Below are positions 37,113 through 46,729 of a DNA stretch of 64,000 nt, piece by piece. Origin of the DNA: Bacteroidia bacterium. GTDB lineage: Bacteria > Bacteroidota > Bacteroidia > NS11-12g > UBA9320. The DNA is taken from assembly GCA_965216465.1 (NCBI GenBank), contig CBDCFW010000001.1:160001-224000 (forward strand). Reading direction: 5' to 3'. The number at the start of each line of letters is the position of its first letter. Position 1 is the first letter of the stretch. The notes beneath the pieces were generated by a model. The model saw nothing but the letters and a program-made list of their open reading frames with translations, was not told the origin of the DNA and did not search any database. The translations under genes and the position numbers were made by a program.

Positions 37113-37736
37113 ATGCAGCATTTAAGAATTGGTATAACCGGAGGAATGGGTGCAGGTAAATCTACCGTGTGCCAAATTTTCGAACGTATTGGGGTGCCAG
37201 TTTATAATGCTGATATTCGAGCGAAATGGTTAATGAACAATGATCTCGAGCTTAAAAAAGCCATCCAAGATCAGTTTGGTTGGGATGCATATACCCGAAA
37301 AGATGAGCTAAACACATCTTACCTTGCCAAAATAGTATTCAATCACCAAGAAAAACTTGAAATTTTAAACGGCTTGGTTCATCCAAAAGTTAAAATGGAC
37401 TACGAACAATGGACCATTGAACATCGTAATGAACCATACTCTTTAAAAGAAGCGGCCCTGCTCTTTGAAAGTAACAGCTATAAAAGCTTGCATAAAGTAA
37501 TTGTGGTTACTTGCCCTATTGAGTCCAGAATAGAACGAATTGTGAAGCGAGATCATGTTAAGCGTGAGGATGTTTTGAAGAGAATTCAAAATCAAACTAC
37601 CGACAAGGAAAGATTGAGCAAGGCAGATTATGTAATTTACAATGACGGAGTTAGGTCGTTAATAGAACAAACGCTTAGCATTCACCACAATATATTGGAA
37701 ATTAGAGAGCAAGAAGCAATTCCTTTAAAAGTATAA
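37113..37736 (+). CDS. coaE: Dephospho-CoA kinase
   Basis: GITGGMGAGKST, VHPKV, EAALLFE. Confidence 0.93.
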   Translation: MQHLRIGITGGMGAGKSTVCQIFERIGVPVYNADIRAKWLMNNDLELKKAIQDQFGWDAYTRKDELNTSYLAKIVFNHQEKLEILNGLVHPKVKMDYEQWTIEHRNEPYSLKEAALLFESNSYKSLHKVIVVTCPIESRIERIVKRDHVKREDVLKRIQNQTTDKERLSKADYVIYNDGVRSLIEQTLSIHHNILEIREQEAIPLKV

Positions 37737-38233
37737 TGACACGACTACCAATATTAAACCACAACGAAATTGCACTCAAGCTCGATCGTATTGCATGGCA
37801 AATTCTTGAAGAGCATTATGACGCAAAAGAAATCGTGTTGGTAGGTATTGAAGATCGTGGCTTTTTAATTTCTGGTTTTTTAGTAGAAAGACTTAGAAAA
37901 TTTAGCGAGGTTAAGATTTCGCACGCATCGATTGCTGTTGACAAAAAACACCCTTTGGTTAATCCAGTAAAATTCGAAGCTGGTGAATCAGTGGCTAAGA
38001 AACCCATAATACTTGTAGACGACGTATTAAACTCTGGAATTACTATGGCAGCTGCAATAAGAGAAATGCTTAACCATAATCCATCAAGTTTAAAAGTAGC
38101 CGTTTTAGCTAACAGAGATCATCATAAATATCCTGTTCAAGCCAACTTTGTTGGAATTTCTATGGCTACTACGTTGCAAGAACACATTACATTTCAAATA
38201 GTAAATGACCAAATGTCTGTTTGGTTAGATTAA
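37736..38233 (+). CDS. PyrR-like phosphoribosyltransferase
   Basis: RIAWQI, ILVDDVLNSG, RDHHKYPVQA. Confidence 0.8.
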   Translation: MTRLPILNHNEIALKLDRIAWQILEEHYDAKEIVLVGIEDRGFLISGFLVERLRKFSEVKISHASIAVDKKHPLVNPVKFEAGESVAKKPIILVDDVLNSGITMAAAIREMLNHNPSSLKVAVLANRDHHKYPVQANFVGISMATTLQEHITFQIVNDQMSVWLD

Positions 38234-38244
38234 AATATCGCATA

Positions 38245-39060
38245 ATGATACACTTACAAAATACGATTAATGCTGCTTGGGAAGACCGCAGCTTGTTGAA
38301 AAACGAAGAGACGGAAGCAGCAATTAGAGAGGTTATTCAACTAATCGATAGTGGCCAACTAAGATGTGCTGAGCCTACTGCTGATGGTTGGCAGGTAAAT
38401 GATTGGGTGAAGAAAGCAGTTATTCTATACTTCCCTATTCAACAAATGGAAACCATCGAAGTCGGACCATTTGAGTTTCACGATAAGATGGCTCTTAAGT
38501 CTAACTATGCACAACAAGGCGTACGAGTAGTTCCTCACGCAGTAGCACGTTACGGAGCATTTTTAGCAAAAGGTGTTGTTATGATGCCAAGCTATGTAAA
38601 CATTGGAGCCTACGTTGACAGCGGAACCATGGTTGACACTTGGGCTACTGTCGGGTCTTGTGCTCAAATTGGTAAAAATGTTCACTTGAGTGGTGGAGTT
38701 GGAATCGGTGGAGTGTTAGAGCCCGTTCAAGCTGCTCCTGTTATTATAGAAGACAATTGCTTTATTGGAAGTCGTTGTATTATAGTTGAAGGAGTTCATG
38801 TTGAAAGTGAAGCCGTTATTGGAGCAGGTGTAACCTTAACACAGAGTACAAAGATTATAGACGTGTCTGGACCTGAACCAATAGAATATCGCGGACGAGT
38901 TCCTGCTCGCTCGGTGGTAATTCCAGGCAGTATACAGAAAGATTTCCCTGCAGGAGCTTATGGCGTTAATTGCGCTCTTATTATCGGAACACGTAAAGAA
39001 TCTACTGATAAGAAGACATCACTAAACGATGTGCTTCGAGATTTTCAAGTTGCCGTATAA
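38245..39060 (+). CDS. dapD: Tetrahydrodipicolinate N-succinyltransferase
   Basis: WVKKAVILYF, DTWATVGSCAQIG, GGVLEP; start ATG 38245. Confidence 0.95.
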   Translation: MIHLQNTINAAWEDRSLLKNEETEAAIREVIQLIDSGQLRCAEPTADGWQVNDWVKKAVILYFPIQQMETIEVGPFEFHDKMALKSNYAQQGVRVVPHAVARYGAFLAKGVVMMPSYVNIGAYVDSGTMVDTWATVGSCAQIGKNVHLSGGVGIGGVLEPVQAAPVIIEDNCFIGSRCIIVEGVHVESEAVIGAGVTLTQSTKIIDVSGPEPIEYRGRVPARSVVIPGSIQKDFPAGAYGVNCALIIGTRKESTDKKTSLNDVLRDFQVAV

Positions 39061-39062
39061 AC

Positions 39063-40160
39063 GTGCATACTTCTACTGAAAATACATCCAATTATAATTG
39101 GCCAAATATTGGCTTTGATGCTAAACGGTATTTTAACAATCAAACAGGTTTAGGAAACTATGCCCGTTGGTTAATCAATGGTTTAGCAGAAGATGAGCAA
39201 ATGAAGCTTCATCTTTATCACACAAAAAGAGTAAAAACCAGTGATCGTTTTGTGGTGCACAGCCCGAAGTATGCATTTAAACCTGCAGCGGCGGTTTGGC
39301 GCTCGAAGGGAATAACTAAAGACCTTGTTAATCAAAGTGTTAAGCTATACCATGGTTTATCGAATGAAATTCCTTTAGGTCTAAAAAAAGCCGGAATTAA
39401 ATCCGTGGTTACCATTCACGACTTAATCAATATGCGGTTCCCTGAGAACTACAATAGTATTGACTTAAGAATATATGAACAAAAACTACAGCATGCCATC
39501 GAAAATGCTGATGCCATTGTTACACCTAGTATTCAAACCAAGGTTGACATCCTCTCCTACTTTGATACCGATAGCGATAAAATTAGCGTAATTCCGCTTA
39601 GCATTTCACCACCTTTAAAAGCAAAAAAGAAAGCTAATGTTTCTCCCTATGTGCTTTGCGTAAGTGGATTCAGCAAGCGTAAGAATTTAGAAAACTTAGT
39701 AGAGGCTTATGGTGGACTAGATTCAAATGTCAAATTGATAATTGCTGGCAGAGAAGGTGATAGCTTTAAAAAAGTTGATCGACTAGCTAAAAATTTCACC
39801 AACATCGTTCTTGAATTAAACCCAAGCAACGAACAATTGGCTGAGCTTTATACCAACGCCTTGTGCTGTGTTTATCCTTCTGTGTTTGAGGGATTTGGAA
39901 TTCCTATTCTTGAAGCCATGTCTTATGGAAAAGCTGTTGCAACATCGAATGTAAGCAGCATGCCAGAAGTAGGAGGAAAAGCTGCTATATACTTTGACCC
40001 CAATGATATTGCTGATATTCAAAAATCGATTCAAGATATTTTGAAGCCAGAAACACGAATGCACCTAGAATCAGCAATCGACGAGCAGATCGCAAAATTT
40101 GACTCTGCAACTTTATTAGATCGATATAAGTCTTTGTATCAGAACGTGCTAAATTCATAG
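39063..40160 (+). CDS. Glycosyltransferase family 4
   Basis: TGLGNYAR, TIHDL, YPSVFEGFGIPILEAM. Confidence 0.9.
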   Translation: MHTSTENTSNYNWPNIGFDAKRYFNNQTGLGNYARWLINGLAEDEQMKLHLYHTKRVKTSDRFVVHSPKYAFKPAAAVWRSKGITKDLVNQSVKLYHGLSNEIPLGLKKAGIKSVVTIHDLINMRFPENYNSIDLRIYEQKLQHAIENADAIVTPSIQTKVDILSYFDTDSDKISVIPLSISPPLKAKKKANVSPYVLCVSGFSKRKNLENLVEAYGGLDSNVKLIIAGREGDSFKKVDRLAKNFTNIVLELNPSNEQLAELYTNALCCVYPSVFEGFGIPILEAMSYGKAVATSNVSSMPEVGGKAAIYFDPNDIADIQKSIQDILKPETRMHLESAIDEQIAKFDSATLLDRYKSLYQNVLNS

Positions 40161-40287
40161 TTCGTTTGAAATGACTGCGTTATGACAAAAGTTGAACAAC
40201 AACGTGCTTAACTTTGTGTTAATATATTGTCGCCCATGTCTATTTGGGAGTTGACAATAGCAATATTTCAGTTTTAGTTTTTGGTTT

Positions 40288-40317
40288 CAAAAAGGGGGCG
40301 GTTTGACCCTCTTTTTG
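40288..40317 (+). terminator. Rho-independent terminator-like hairpin
   Basis: CAAAAAGGGGG-CGGTTTGA-CCCTCTTTTTG. Confidence 0.6.
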
Positions 40318-40405
40318 TTTTATAGGGCTTTATTTATACCAAGTCAAAATAATTAAGTTGTTAATTATTTGGTGAAACTCTTCTATGTTAATTTAAAAAT
40401 CAAGG

Positions 40406-40413
40406 TATTTTTG
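40406..40413 (+). promoter_or_regulatory. -7 promoter element TATTTTTG for the cox operon
   Basis: Exact TAnnTTTG ~40 nt before the coxB ATG. Confidence 0.65.
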
Positions 40414-40452
40414 CCACGAAAATTTTCAAAATTTATATAATTGAGCAAATCA

Positions 40453-42249
40453 ATGAGTTATAAACCAAAAACGTTATCAAAATGGCTAATCCTAGTCATT
40501 GGCTTATTCTTTGTAAATCAATCATTTGCATTCAAAAACAACCTTGAAAGACCAATTAATGGTCAAGAGGGTTCAGATGCTCGGATTGAAGAAGGAAGTA
40601 ATTTATTTAGTGCTAACTGTGCATCTTGTCACGCACTTGATGCTAAAGTTGTAGGACCGGCATTAAGTGGAGTAATTGACAAGTACGACGAAGACTACGA
40701 TTGGCTAGTCGCTTGGATCAAAAACAATGTTGCACTTGTTAAATCTGGAGATGAACGAGCAATCACTGCCTTCAATGAAGGTGGAGGTCAAGTAATGAAC
40801 ATTTTTGAGAATCTATCGGATGATCAAATTACGTCAATCTTAATGTGGATAGACAACAATGGAGACGGAGATGCTCCTGCTGCCGAAGTTGGTGAGACTA
40901 TTGCTGCTGAGCCTGTAAGCGATTCAACGTTTAACAATATCAATTGGGCTGTTGTATTGCTAACAGCACTATTCTTATTGATTATCATTTTAATTTTTGG
41001 AATTTTAGAGTTAGTAGGAAATCTAACCGGAAGAGAAATCATCAACTGGAATAATGTAAACGCATTTATGATGATTATCTTCTTGATTTTATTCTTTGTT
41101 CTCGTATTGTACGAATACTCAATTCATGCACAATACTTGTTGCCTGAAGCTGCTTCTGAGCACGGACTTGAAATCGACAAGATGATGAAGTGGACGTTCA
41201 GAGCAACGTTGCCGGTATTCTTTATCACACAATTCTTATTGTTCTACTTCTCGTTTAAATACAGAAGAAAGCCAGGACACAAAGCTTACTACTATCCTCA
41301 CAACAATAACTTAGAATACGTTTGGACCTTGATTCCTGCCATTGTACTTGCTGCATTGGTATCAGGAGGTTTCAAAACATGGAATAAAATTTTAAGATCA
41401 GAAGCTAAAGAAGATGCTCAGAAAATCGAAGTATTTGCCTACCAATTTGGTTGGAATGCAAGATACCCTGGAGCAGACAATGAGCTAGGAAAAGCAAACT
41501 ACAATCTGATTAATGGTACTAACCCTTTAGGTGTTGCTAACAAAGATCACGCAATCGCTCTAATTTCTGAGCTTGAAGAAGATATTGTATCTCTACAACT
41601 CAGACACGATTCTATTCTTCCTATCGAGCAGGCTAAGCTACAGTCTACTTTAGGAGGACGTGTTGGAGCAGACAGAGAGGAACACTTAAGAAAAATTAAG
41701 AGTTATACTTCTGGCGATGTTGCCAACGATATCAAACTAACTATCAGAGCAAGAAAAACTCAAATTGCTCGATTAAAAGCTGCACTTGCAGTTGAGCAAG
41801 GTAGCATGTTTGATGGCAAAGGAAATGATGACCAAGTGGTTCAAGAACTTCACGTGGTAATCGGAAAACCAGTAACCTTGAAGTTTAGAGCAAGAGACGT
41901 AATTCACTCAGCTTATCTTCCATATTTTAGAACTCAAATGAACGTTGTACCTGGTTTACCAACCGAGTTCACCTTTACTCCTACCATTACAACTACTGAG
42001 ATGAGAGGAATTAAAAAAGACCCAGAATTTGATTACTACTTAGTATGTAACAAAATATGTGGTAACGCTCACTTCAATATGAAAATGAAAGTTATCGTTG
42101 AAGATGAAGCTTCATATAACGAATGGATTAGCAACCAGTCTGCATTATTTGTTCAGGCTGAAGAAACAGAAGAAGCTGCACCAGTAGAAGAAGAAAGTTC
42201 TGAAGAAACTGAGGCAGAAGAAACAGAAGAAACCGTAGCATTAAACTAA
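40453..42249 (+). CDS. coxB: Cytochrome c oxidase subunit II with an N-terminal c-type cytochrome domain
   Basis: CASCH heme motif at 40618-40632; LEYVWTLIP, QFGW, DVIHS, CNKICGNAHFNM CuA site. Confidence 0.92.
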   Translation: MSYKPKTLSKWLILVIGLFFVNQSFAFKNNLERPINGQEGSDARIEEGSNLFSANCASCHALDAKVVGPALSGVIDKYDEDYDWLVAWIKNNVALVKSGDERAITAFNEGGGQVMNIFENLSDDQITSILMWIDNNGDGDAPAAEVGETIAAEPVSDSTFNNINWAVVLLTALFLLIIILIFGILELVGNLTGREIINWNNVNAFMMIIFLILFFVLVLYEYSIHAQYLLPEAASEHGLEIDKMMKWTFRATLPVFFITQFLLFYFSFKYRRKPGHKAYYYPHNNNLEYVWTLIPAIVLAALVSGGFKTWNKILRSEAKEDAQKIEVFAYQFGWNARYPGADNELGKANYNLINGTNPLGVANKDHAIALISELEEDIVSLQLRHDSILPIEQAKLQSTLGGRVGADREEHLRKIKSYTSGDVANDIKLTIRARKTQIARLKAALAVEQGSMFDGKGNDDQVVQELHVVIGKPVTLKFRARDVIHSAYLPYFRTQMNVVPGLPTEFTFTPTITTTEMRGIKKDPEFDYYLVCNKICGNAHFNMKMKVIVEDEASYNEWISNQSALFVQAEETEEAAPVEEESSEETEAEETEETVALN

Positions 42250-42270
42250 ACAAGAAATAGTACAATTAAT

Positions 42271-44142
42271 ATGAGCACACACGCAGATCATCACCATAAA
42301 GAGACGTTCATTTCGAAATACGTCTTTAGTATGGATCATAAAATGATATCCAAGCAATTTTTGATCACGGGTATCATCATGGGGCTAATTGGGGTAGCAA
42401 TGTCTATTGCTTTCCGTTTGCAATTGGCTTACCCTGATATGGGTTTTCCTATCTTAGAGTGGGTATTTGGTAGCAAATGGGCACCGGATGGAAAACTTGA
42501 TGCTGGATACTACATGGCACTAGTAACCTTACACGGTACTATCATGGTATTCTACGTACTTACAGCAGGTTTGAGTGGAACGTTTGCCAACTTACTTATT
42601 CCATTGCAAATTGGAGCAAGAGATATGGCATCTCCTTTCATGAACATGTTATCGTACTGGTTCTTCTTCCTTTCGAGCGTTGTTCTTCTTTCTTCATTAT
42701 TTGTTGAAACAGGACCAGCATCTGGTGGTTGGACAATCTACCCTCCTTTGAGTGCTTTGCCTAAAGCAATGCCAGGATCAGGTATGGGTATGACACTTTG
42801 GTTAGTTGCAATTGTATTGTTTATCGCATCATCTCTATTAGGTGGTATCAACTATATCAGTACCGTTCTTAACATGAGAACTAAAGGTATGACCATGACC
42901 AGAATGCCTCTAACTATTTGGGCATTGTTCTTAACAGCTGTTCTTGGTCTTCTTTCTTTCCCAGTATTATTAGGAGGAGGTTTACTGTTGTTATTTGACC
43001 GTGGTTTCGGTACAAGTTTCTACCTATCTGACATTTACTTAGGTTCTGGTGGAGCTCTTGAGCACAGTGGAGGTAGCCCTATCTTATTCCAGCACTTGTT
43101 CTGGTTCTTAGGTCACCCTGAGGTATACATTATTATTATGCCAGCCTTAGGTATTACTTCTGAGGTAATTGCTGTTAACGCGAGAAAGCCAATCTTTGGA
43201 TATACTGCGATGGTAATTTCATTACTGGGTATTGCATTCCTATCGTTTATCGTTTGGGGTCACCATATGTTTATTACCGGTATGAATCCTTTGCTTGGAG
43301 CAGTATTCTTGATTACAACGCTAATCATTGCGGTTCCTTCAGCGGTTAAGACGTTTAACTATCTAGCCACACTTTGGAGAGGTAACATTAGATTTACAAA
43401 CGGTATGATGTTCGCTATCGGACTTGTATCATTCTTTATTTCTGGTGGTTTAACGGGTATTTTCTTAGGAAACGCAACACTTGATATCCAATTGCACGAT
43501 ACTTACTTCGTAGTAGGTCACTTCCATATCGTAATGGGTTGTGCTGCAATATTTGGTATGTTAGCAGGAATCTATCACTGGTTCCCTAAAATGTTCGGTA
43601 GATTAATGAACAAGCCTCTTGGTTACATTCACTTCTGGCTAACATTTGCTTCTGCATACATGGTATTCTTCCCAATGCACTTTATGGGATTAGCTGGTGT
43701 ACCTAGAAGATACTACGCATTTACCTTGCTTCCTGAGTATGGAGTTTGGTTTGATGTAAACGTAATCATGACCTTAGCTGCCATTGTTGGTGGTGTTGCT
43801 CAGTTGATCTTCATCTATAACTTCTTCTCTAGTATCTTTATTGGCAAGAAGTCAGGTGCAAATCCATGGCAAGCAAATACTTTAGAATGGACTACTCCTG
43901 AAGAAAGAATTCACGGAAACTGGCCAGGTGAGATTCCAACTGTTTACCGTTGGGCATACGACTACAGCAAGCCAGGATACGATGAAGACTTTATTCCTCA
44001 GAATGTTCCAGAAGAAGGTCAAGAAGTCGAGTTGTTTGAAACAAGCAGTACTCCTGCTTCGGATGCAGTTGACGAACCCGAAAGAGAAACATTACATTTC
44101 TGGGCACTGCTTAAAAAGTGGTTTAGTCCCAAATCTGTTTAA
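42271..44142 (+). CDS. coxA: Cytochrome c oxidase subunit I (type A1)
   Basis: WFLGHPEVY, VWGHHMF, HDTYFVVGHFH, PRRY. Confidence 0.97.
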   Translation: MSTHADHHHKETFISKYVFSMDHKMISKQFLITGIIMGLIGVAMSIAFRLQLAYPDMGFPILEWVFGSKWAPDGKLDAGYYMALVTLHGTIMVFYVLTAGLSGTFANLLIPLQIGARDMASPFMNMLSYWFFFLSSVVLLSSLFVETGPASGGWTIYPPLSALPKAMPGSGMGMTLWLVAIVLFIASSLLGGINYISTVLNMRTKGMTMTRMPLTIWALFLTAVLGLLSFPVLLGGGLLLLFDRGFGTSFYLSDIYLGSGGALEHSGGSPILFQHLFWFLGHPEVYIIIMPALGITSEVIAVNARKPIFGYTAMVISLLGIAFLSFIVWGHHMFITGMNPLLGAVFLITTLIIAVPSAVKTFNYLATLWRGNIRFTNGMMFAIGLVSFFISGGLTGIFLGNATLDIQLHDTYFVVGHFHIVMGCAAIFGMLAGIYHWFPKMFGRLMNKPLGYIHFWLTFASAYMVFFPMHFMGLAGVPRRYYAFTLLPEYGVWFDVNVIMTLAAIVGGVAQLIFIYNFFSSIFIGKKSGANPWQANTLEWTTPEERIHGNWPGEIPTVYRWAYDYSKPGYDEDFIPQNVPEEGQEVELFETSSTPASDAVDEPERETLHFWALLKKWFSPKSV

Positions 44143-44151
44143 CTAGATAAA

Positions 44152-44186
44152 TTAAAAAGCCAAATGAGTTTCATTTGGCTTTTTTC
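44152..44186 (+). terminator. Rho-independent terminator after coxA
   Basis: AAAAAGCCAAATGA-GTT-TCATTTGGCTTTTTT. Confidence 0.85.
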
Positions 44187-44197
44187 TTGCATTTGGC

Positions 44198-45232
44198 ATG
44201 CTCAAACGAAATTTCATAAGGCTTAACTGGTTATCCCTGTTTTTTGTATTTATGCTTTTTGCAATTGGTGGATTGGTGAGAAGCACAGGAAGCGGTATGG
44301 GCTGTCCCGATTGGCCTAAGTGCTTTGGAGAATACGTCCCTCCTACTTCGGCTGATAACTTACCAGAGAATTACGAAGACTATTTCAAGGATCAACGGAT
44401 CAAAAAAACCGAAAGATTTGTGGCCTTGCTTAGAATGCTGGGAATGGAAGACAAAGCAGAAGCCATTGAAAGCAACAAGAATATCGAAGAAACTCATGAA
44501 TTCAATGTCACCAAAGCCTATGTAGAATATGGCAATAGAATTTGGGGTGCGCTAACTGGCATTGTGGTCTTTCTTGGATTTTTAAGTTCATTGTTCTACA
44601 TCCGACAAGATTTCACATTGTTTCTTTACACCCTACTTGGTTTTATCGCGGTGTTTGTAAACGCCCTGTTGGGAGCCATTGTAGTAAGTTCAAATCTGAT
44701 TAGTGGATTAGTAACAGCACACTTCCTGGCAGCTTTTGCTTCTATCTGCTTTTTCATGCTTGCACGATTTAGAGTCAAGAAGATCGCATTAAGTTCAACT
44801 GTTCCAATTTGGGTTTCAGTTTACAGTTTAGCCGTTTTGGTTCTAATTGTATTTCAAACTGTATTAGGAACAGATGTAAAATCATATTTTGAAGCCTTAG
44901 AAAGTGGCGATTCGGTTATAAAAAATGTGATATTAACGGAGATTCCATCCTATCCGGCACACCGGGTTTATGCGGTAATTGCAGTTATTGCATCCGCAAT
45001 ACAATTAGCTCTTATTCAGCGATATACGTCAGATGCTTCATTCAATAAATTTGCCATTTTATTGGTCGTATTAACCCTGCTTCAGATTGCTTTTGGAGTG
45101 AGTATGATTTATGAGCTATTTATGGCTATTTCAAAACTATTCCATATTAGCATTGCTGCTTCAATATTTGGTATACAATTTTATATTTGCACCCTGCTAA
45201 TTAAAGCAGGCCTAAAACGAAACAGAAATTGA
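44198..45232 (+). CDS. ctaA: Heme A synthase (COX15/CtaA)
   Basis: GGLVRSTGSGMGCPDWPKCFG, EY.NR, conserved His residues. Confidence 0.9.
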   Translation: MLKRNFIRLNWLSLFFVFMLFAIGGLVRSTGSGMGCPDWPKCFGEYVPPTSADNLPENYEDYFKDQRIKKTERFVALLRMLGMEDKAEAIESNKNIEETHEFNVTKAYVEYGNRIWGALTGIVVFLGFLSSLFYIRQDFTLFLYTLLGFIAVFVNALLGAIVVSSNLISGLVTAHFLAAFASICFFMLARFRVKKIALSSTVPIWVSVYSLAVLVLIVFQTVLGTDVKSYFEALESGDSVIKNVILTEIPSYPAHRVYAVIAVIASAIQLALIQRYTSDASFNKFAILLVVLTLLQIAFGVSMIYELFMAISKLFHISIAASIFGIQFYICTLLIKAGLKRNRN

Positions 45233-46122
45233 AATCAGTAGCCGTAAATACGACCACAGTTACTTGGAAGGATAAGCTTCGTGACTACAATCAACTGATA
45301 AAATTCAGATTGACTTTCACCGTTGTACTTTCTTCTGTTCTTGGTTTTTTATTAGGAAACTCCGGAGCCGTAAATTACACCGATTTAACTGCTTTAATTA
45401 TTGGAGGTTTTTTAGTGGTTTCTTCATCAAACGGAATCAATCAAATTATTGAGAAAGACTTCGATAAGTTAATGACGCGTACTGCAAACCGCCCTATTGC
45501 TCAAAATAGAATGAGCATCCTAGAAGCAGGGATTTTTTGTGCGGTAACGGGTATTATAGGAGTTAGCATTCTAGGACTTTATCTTAATACTTATGCCGCT
45601 TTATTGGGATTTGGCTCGCTCATGAGCTACGCATTCATCTACACTCCGCTTAAAAGAGTGTCGAGCTTAGCCGTATTGGTTGGGGCATTTCCTGGTGCTA
45701 TTCCACCGCTTTTGGGTTGGGTAGCTGCCACTGGAGCTTTCTCTACCGCAGCACTTGTATTGTTCCTAATTCAATTCTTCTGGCAATTTCCTCATTTTTG
45801 GGCTATTGCTTGGATTCTTGACGACGATTATAAAAAAGCTGGATATCGATTACTTCCAACAAAAGGGGGAAGAGATAAGGCTTCTGCTCAACAAATCATA
45901 TTCTATTCTGCTCTCCTAATCCCATTGGCACTGTTGCCTTATTTCATCGGAATTAGCGGAATTGTTTCAATGATTATTGTAGTTCTAGGTTCTGTGTGGC
46001 TTACCGCACTAGGATTTAAACTCTACAAAACATTAAGCGTAAAAGATGCCAAACGACTCATGTTCGCATCTATCATTTACAATCCAATTGTATTAATTTC
46101 ATTACTGCTCGATAAAATCTAA
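45229..46122 (+). CDS. cyoE: Heme O synthase (protoheme IX farnesyltransferase)
   Basis: NQIIEKDFDKLMTRTANRP, YTPLKR, WQFPHFWAI. Confidence 0.95.
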   Translation: MKSVAVNTTTVTWKDKLRDYNQLIKFRLTFTVVLSSVLGFLLGNSGAVNYTDLTALIIGGFLVVSSSNGINQIIEKDFDKLMTRTANRPIAQNRMSILEAGIFCAVTGIIGVSILGLYLNTYAALLGFGSLMSYAFIYTPLKRVSSLAVLVGAFPGAIPPLLGWVAATGAFSTAALVLFLIQFFWQFPHFWAIAWILDDDYKKAGYRLLPTKGGRDKASAQQIIFYSALLIPLALLPYFIGISGIVSMIIVVLGSVWLTALGFKLYKTLSVKDAKRLMFASIIYNPIVLISLLLDKI

Positions 46123-46727
46123 TGACAGACGATGTAACATACAAAGGAAAAGTACATCCAAAGAAATTTGCCTTGTGGTTACTACTGCTTGGTATTTTGA
46201 TGTTATTCGCTGCATTTACCAGTGCTTATATCGTTCGTAAAGGAGATGGAAACTGGTTTAATTTTAGACCGCCAATAGTATTCCTATATTCTACACTTGT
46301 TGTTGTTCTCAGCTCTGTTTCAATGCTTTTTGCATACAAATCGGCAAAAAAGGACAACTTAGGCAATGTTAAGATTGGTTTAGGGATCACTATTTTGCTT
46401 GGTGTTGTATTTAGCTACCTTCAATACCAAGGCTGGGTTGTAATGAATAGCCTTGATCTTCATTTTGTAAATAACAACAATGAGATCAGCAATAATCTCT
46501 CTGGAGATCGAATATCTGCATCGTTTTTAATCGTTATTGCAGCTGTTCACTTAGTACATATTTTAGCAGGAATTATCTTCTTGCTTGTAGTATTACTCAG
46601 GACCTTTCAATTTAAAGTACACAAGAATAGCTCACTTCTAATCGATATGTGCAATACTTATTGGCATTTCGTAGGACTGTTGTGGGTATATTTATATTTG
46701 TTTTTATATTTTGCACCCGAATTTTAA
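46122..46727 (+). CDS. Cytochrome c oxidase subunit III (first paralog)
   Basis: MLFAAFTSAYIV, HLVHILAG, YWHFVGLLW. Confidence 0.9.
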   Translation: MTDDVTYKGKVHPKKFALWLLLLGILMLFAAFTSAYIVRKGDGNWFNFRPPIVFLYSTLVVVLSSVSMLFAYKSAKKDNLGNVKIGLGITILLGVVFSYLQYQGWVVMNSLDLHFVNNNNEISNNLSGDRISASFLIVIAAVHLVHILAGIIFLLVVLLRTFQFKVHKNSSLLIDMCNTYWHFVGLLWVYLYLFLYFAPEF

Positions 46728-46729
46728 GA

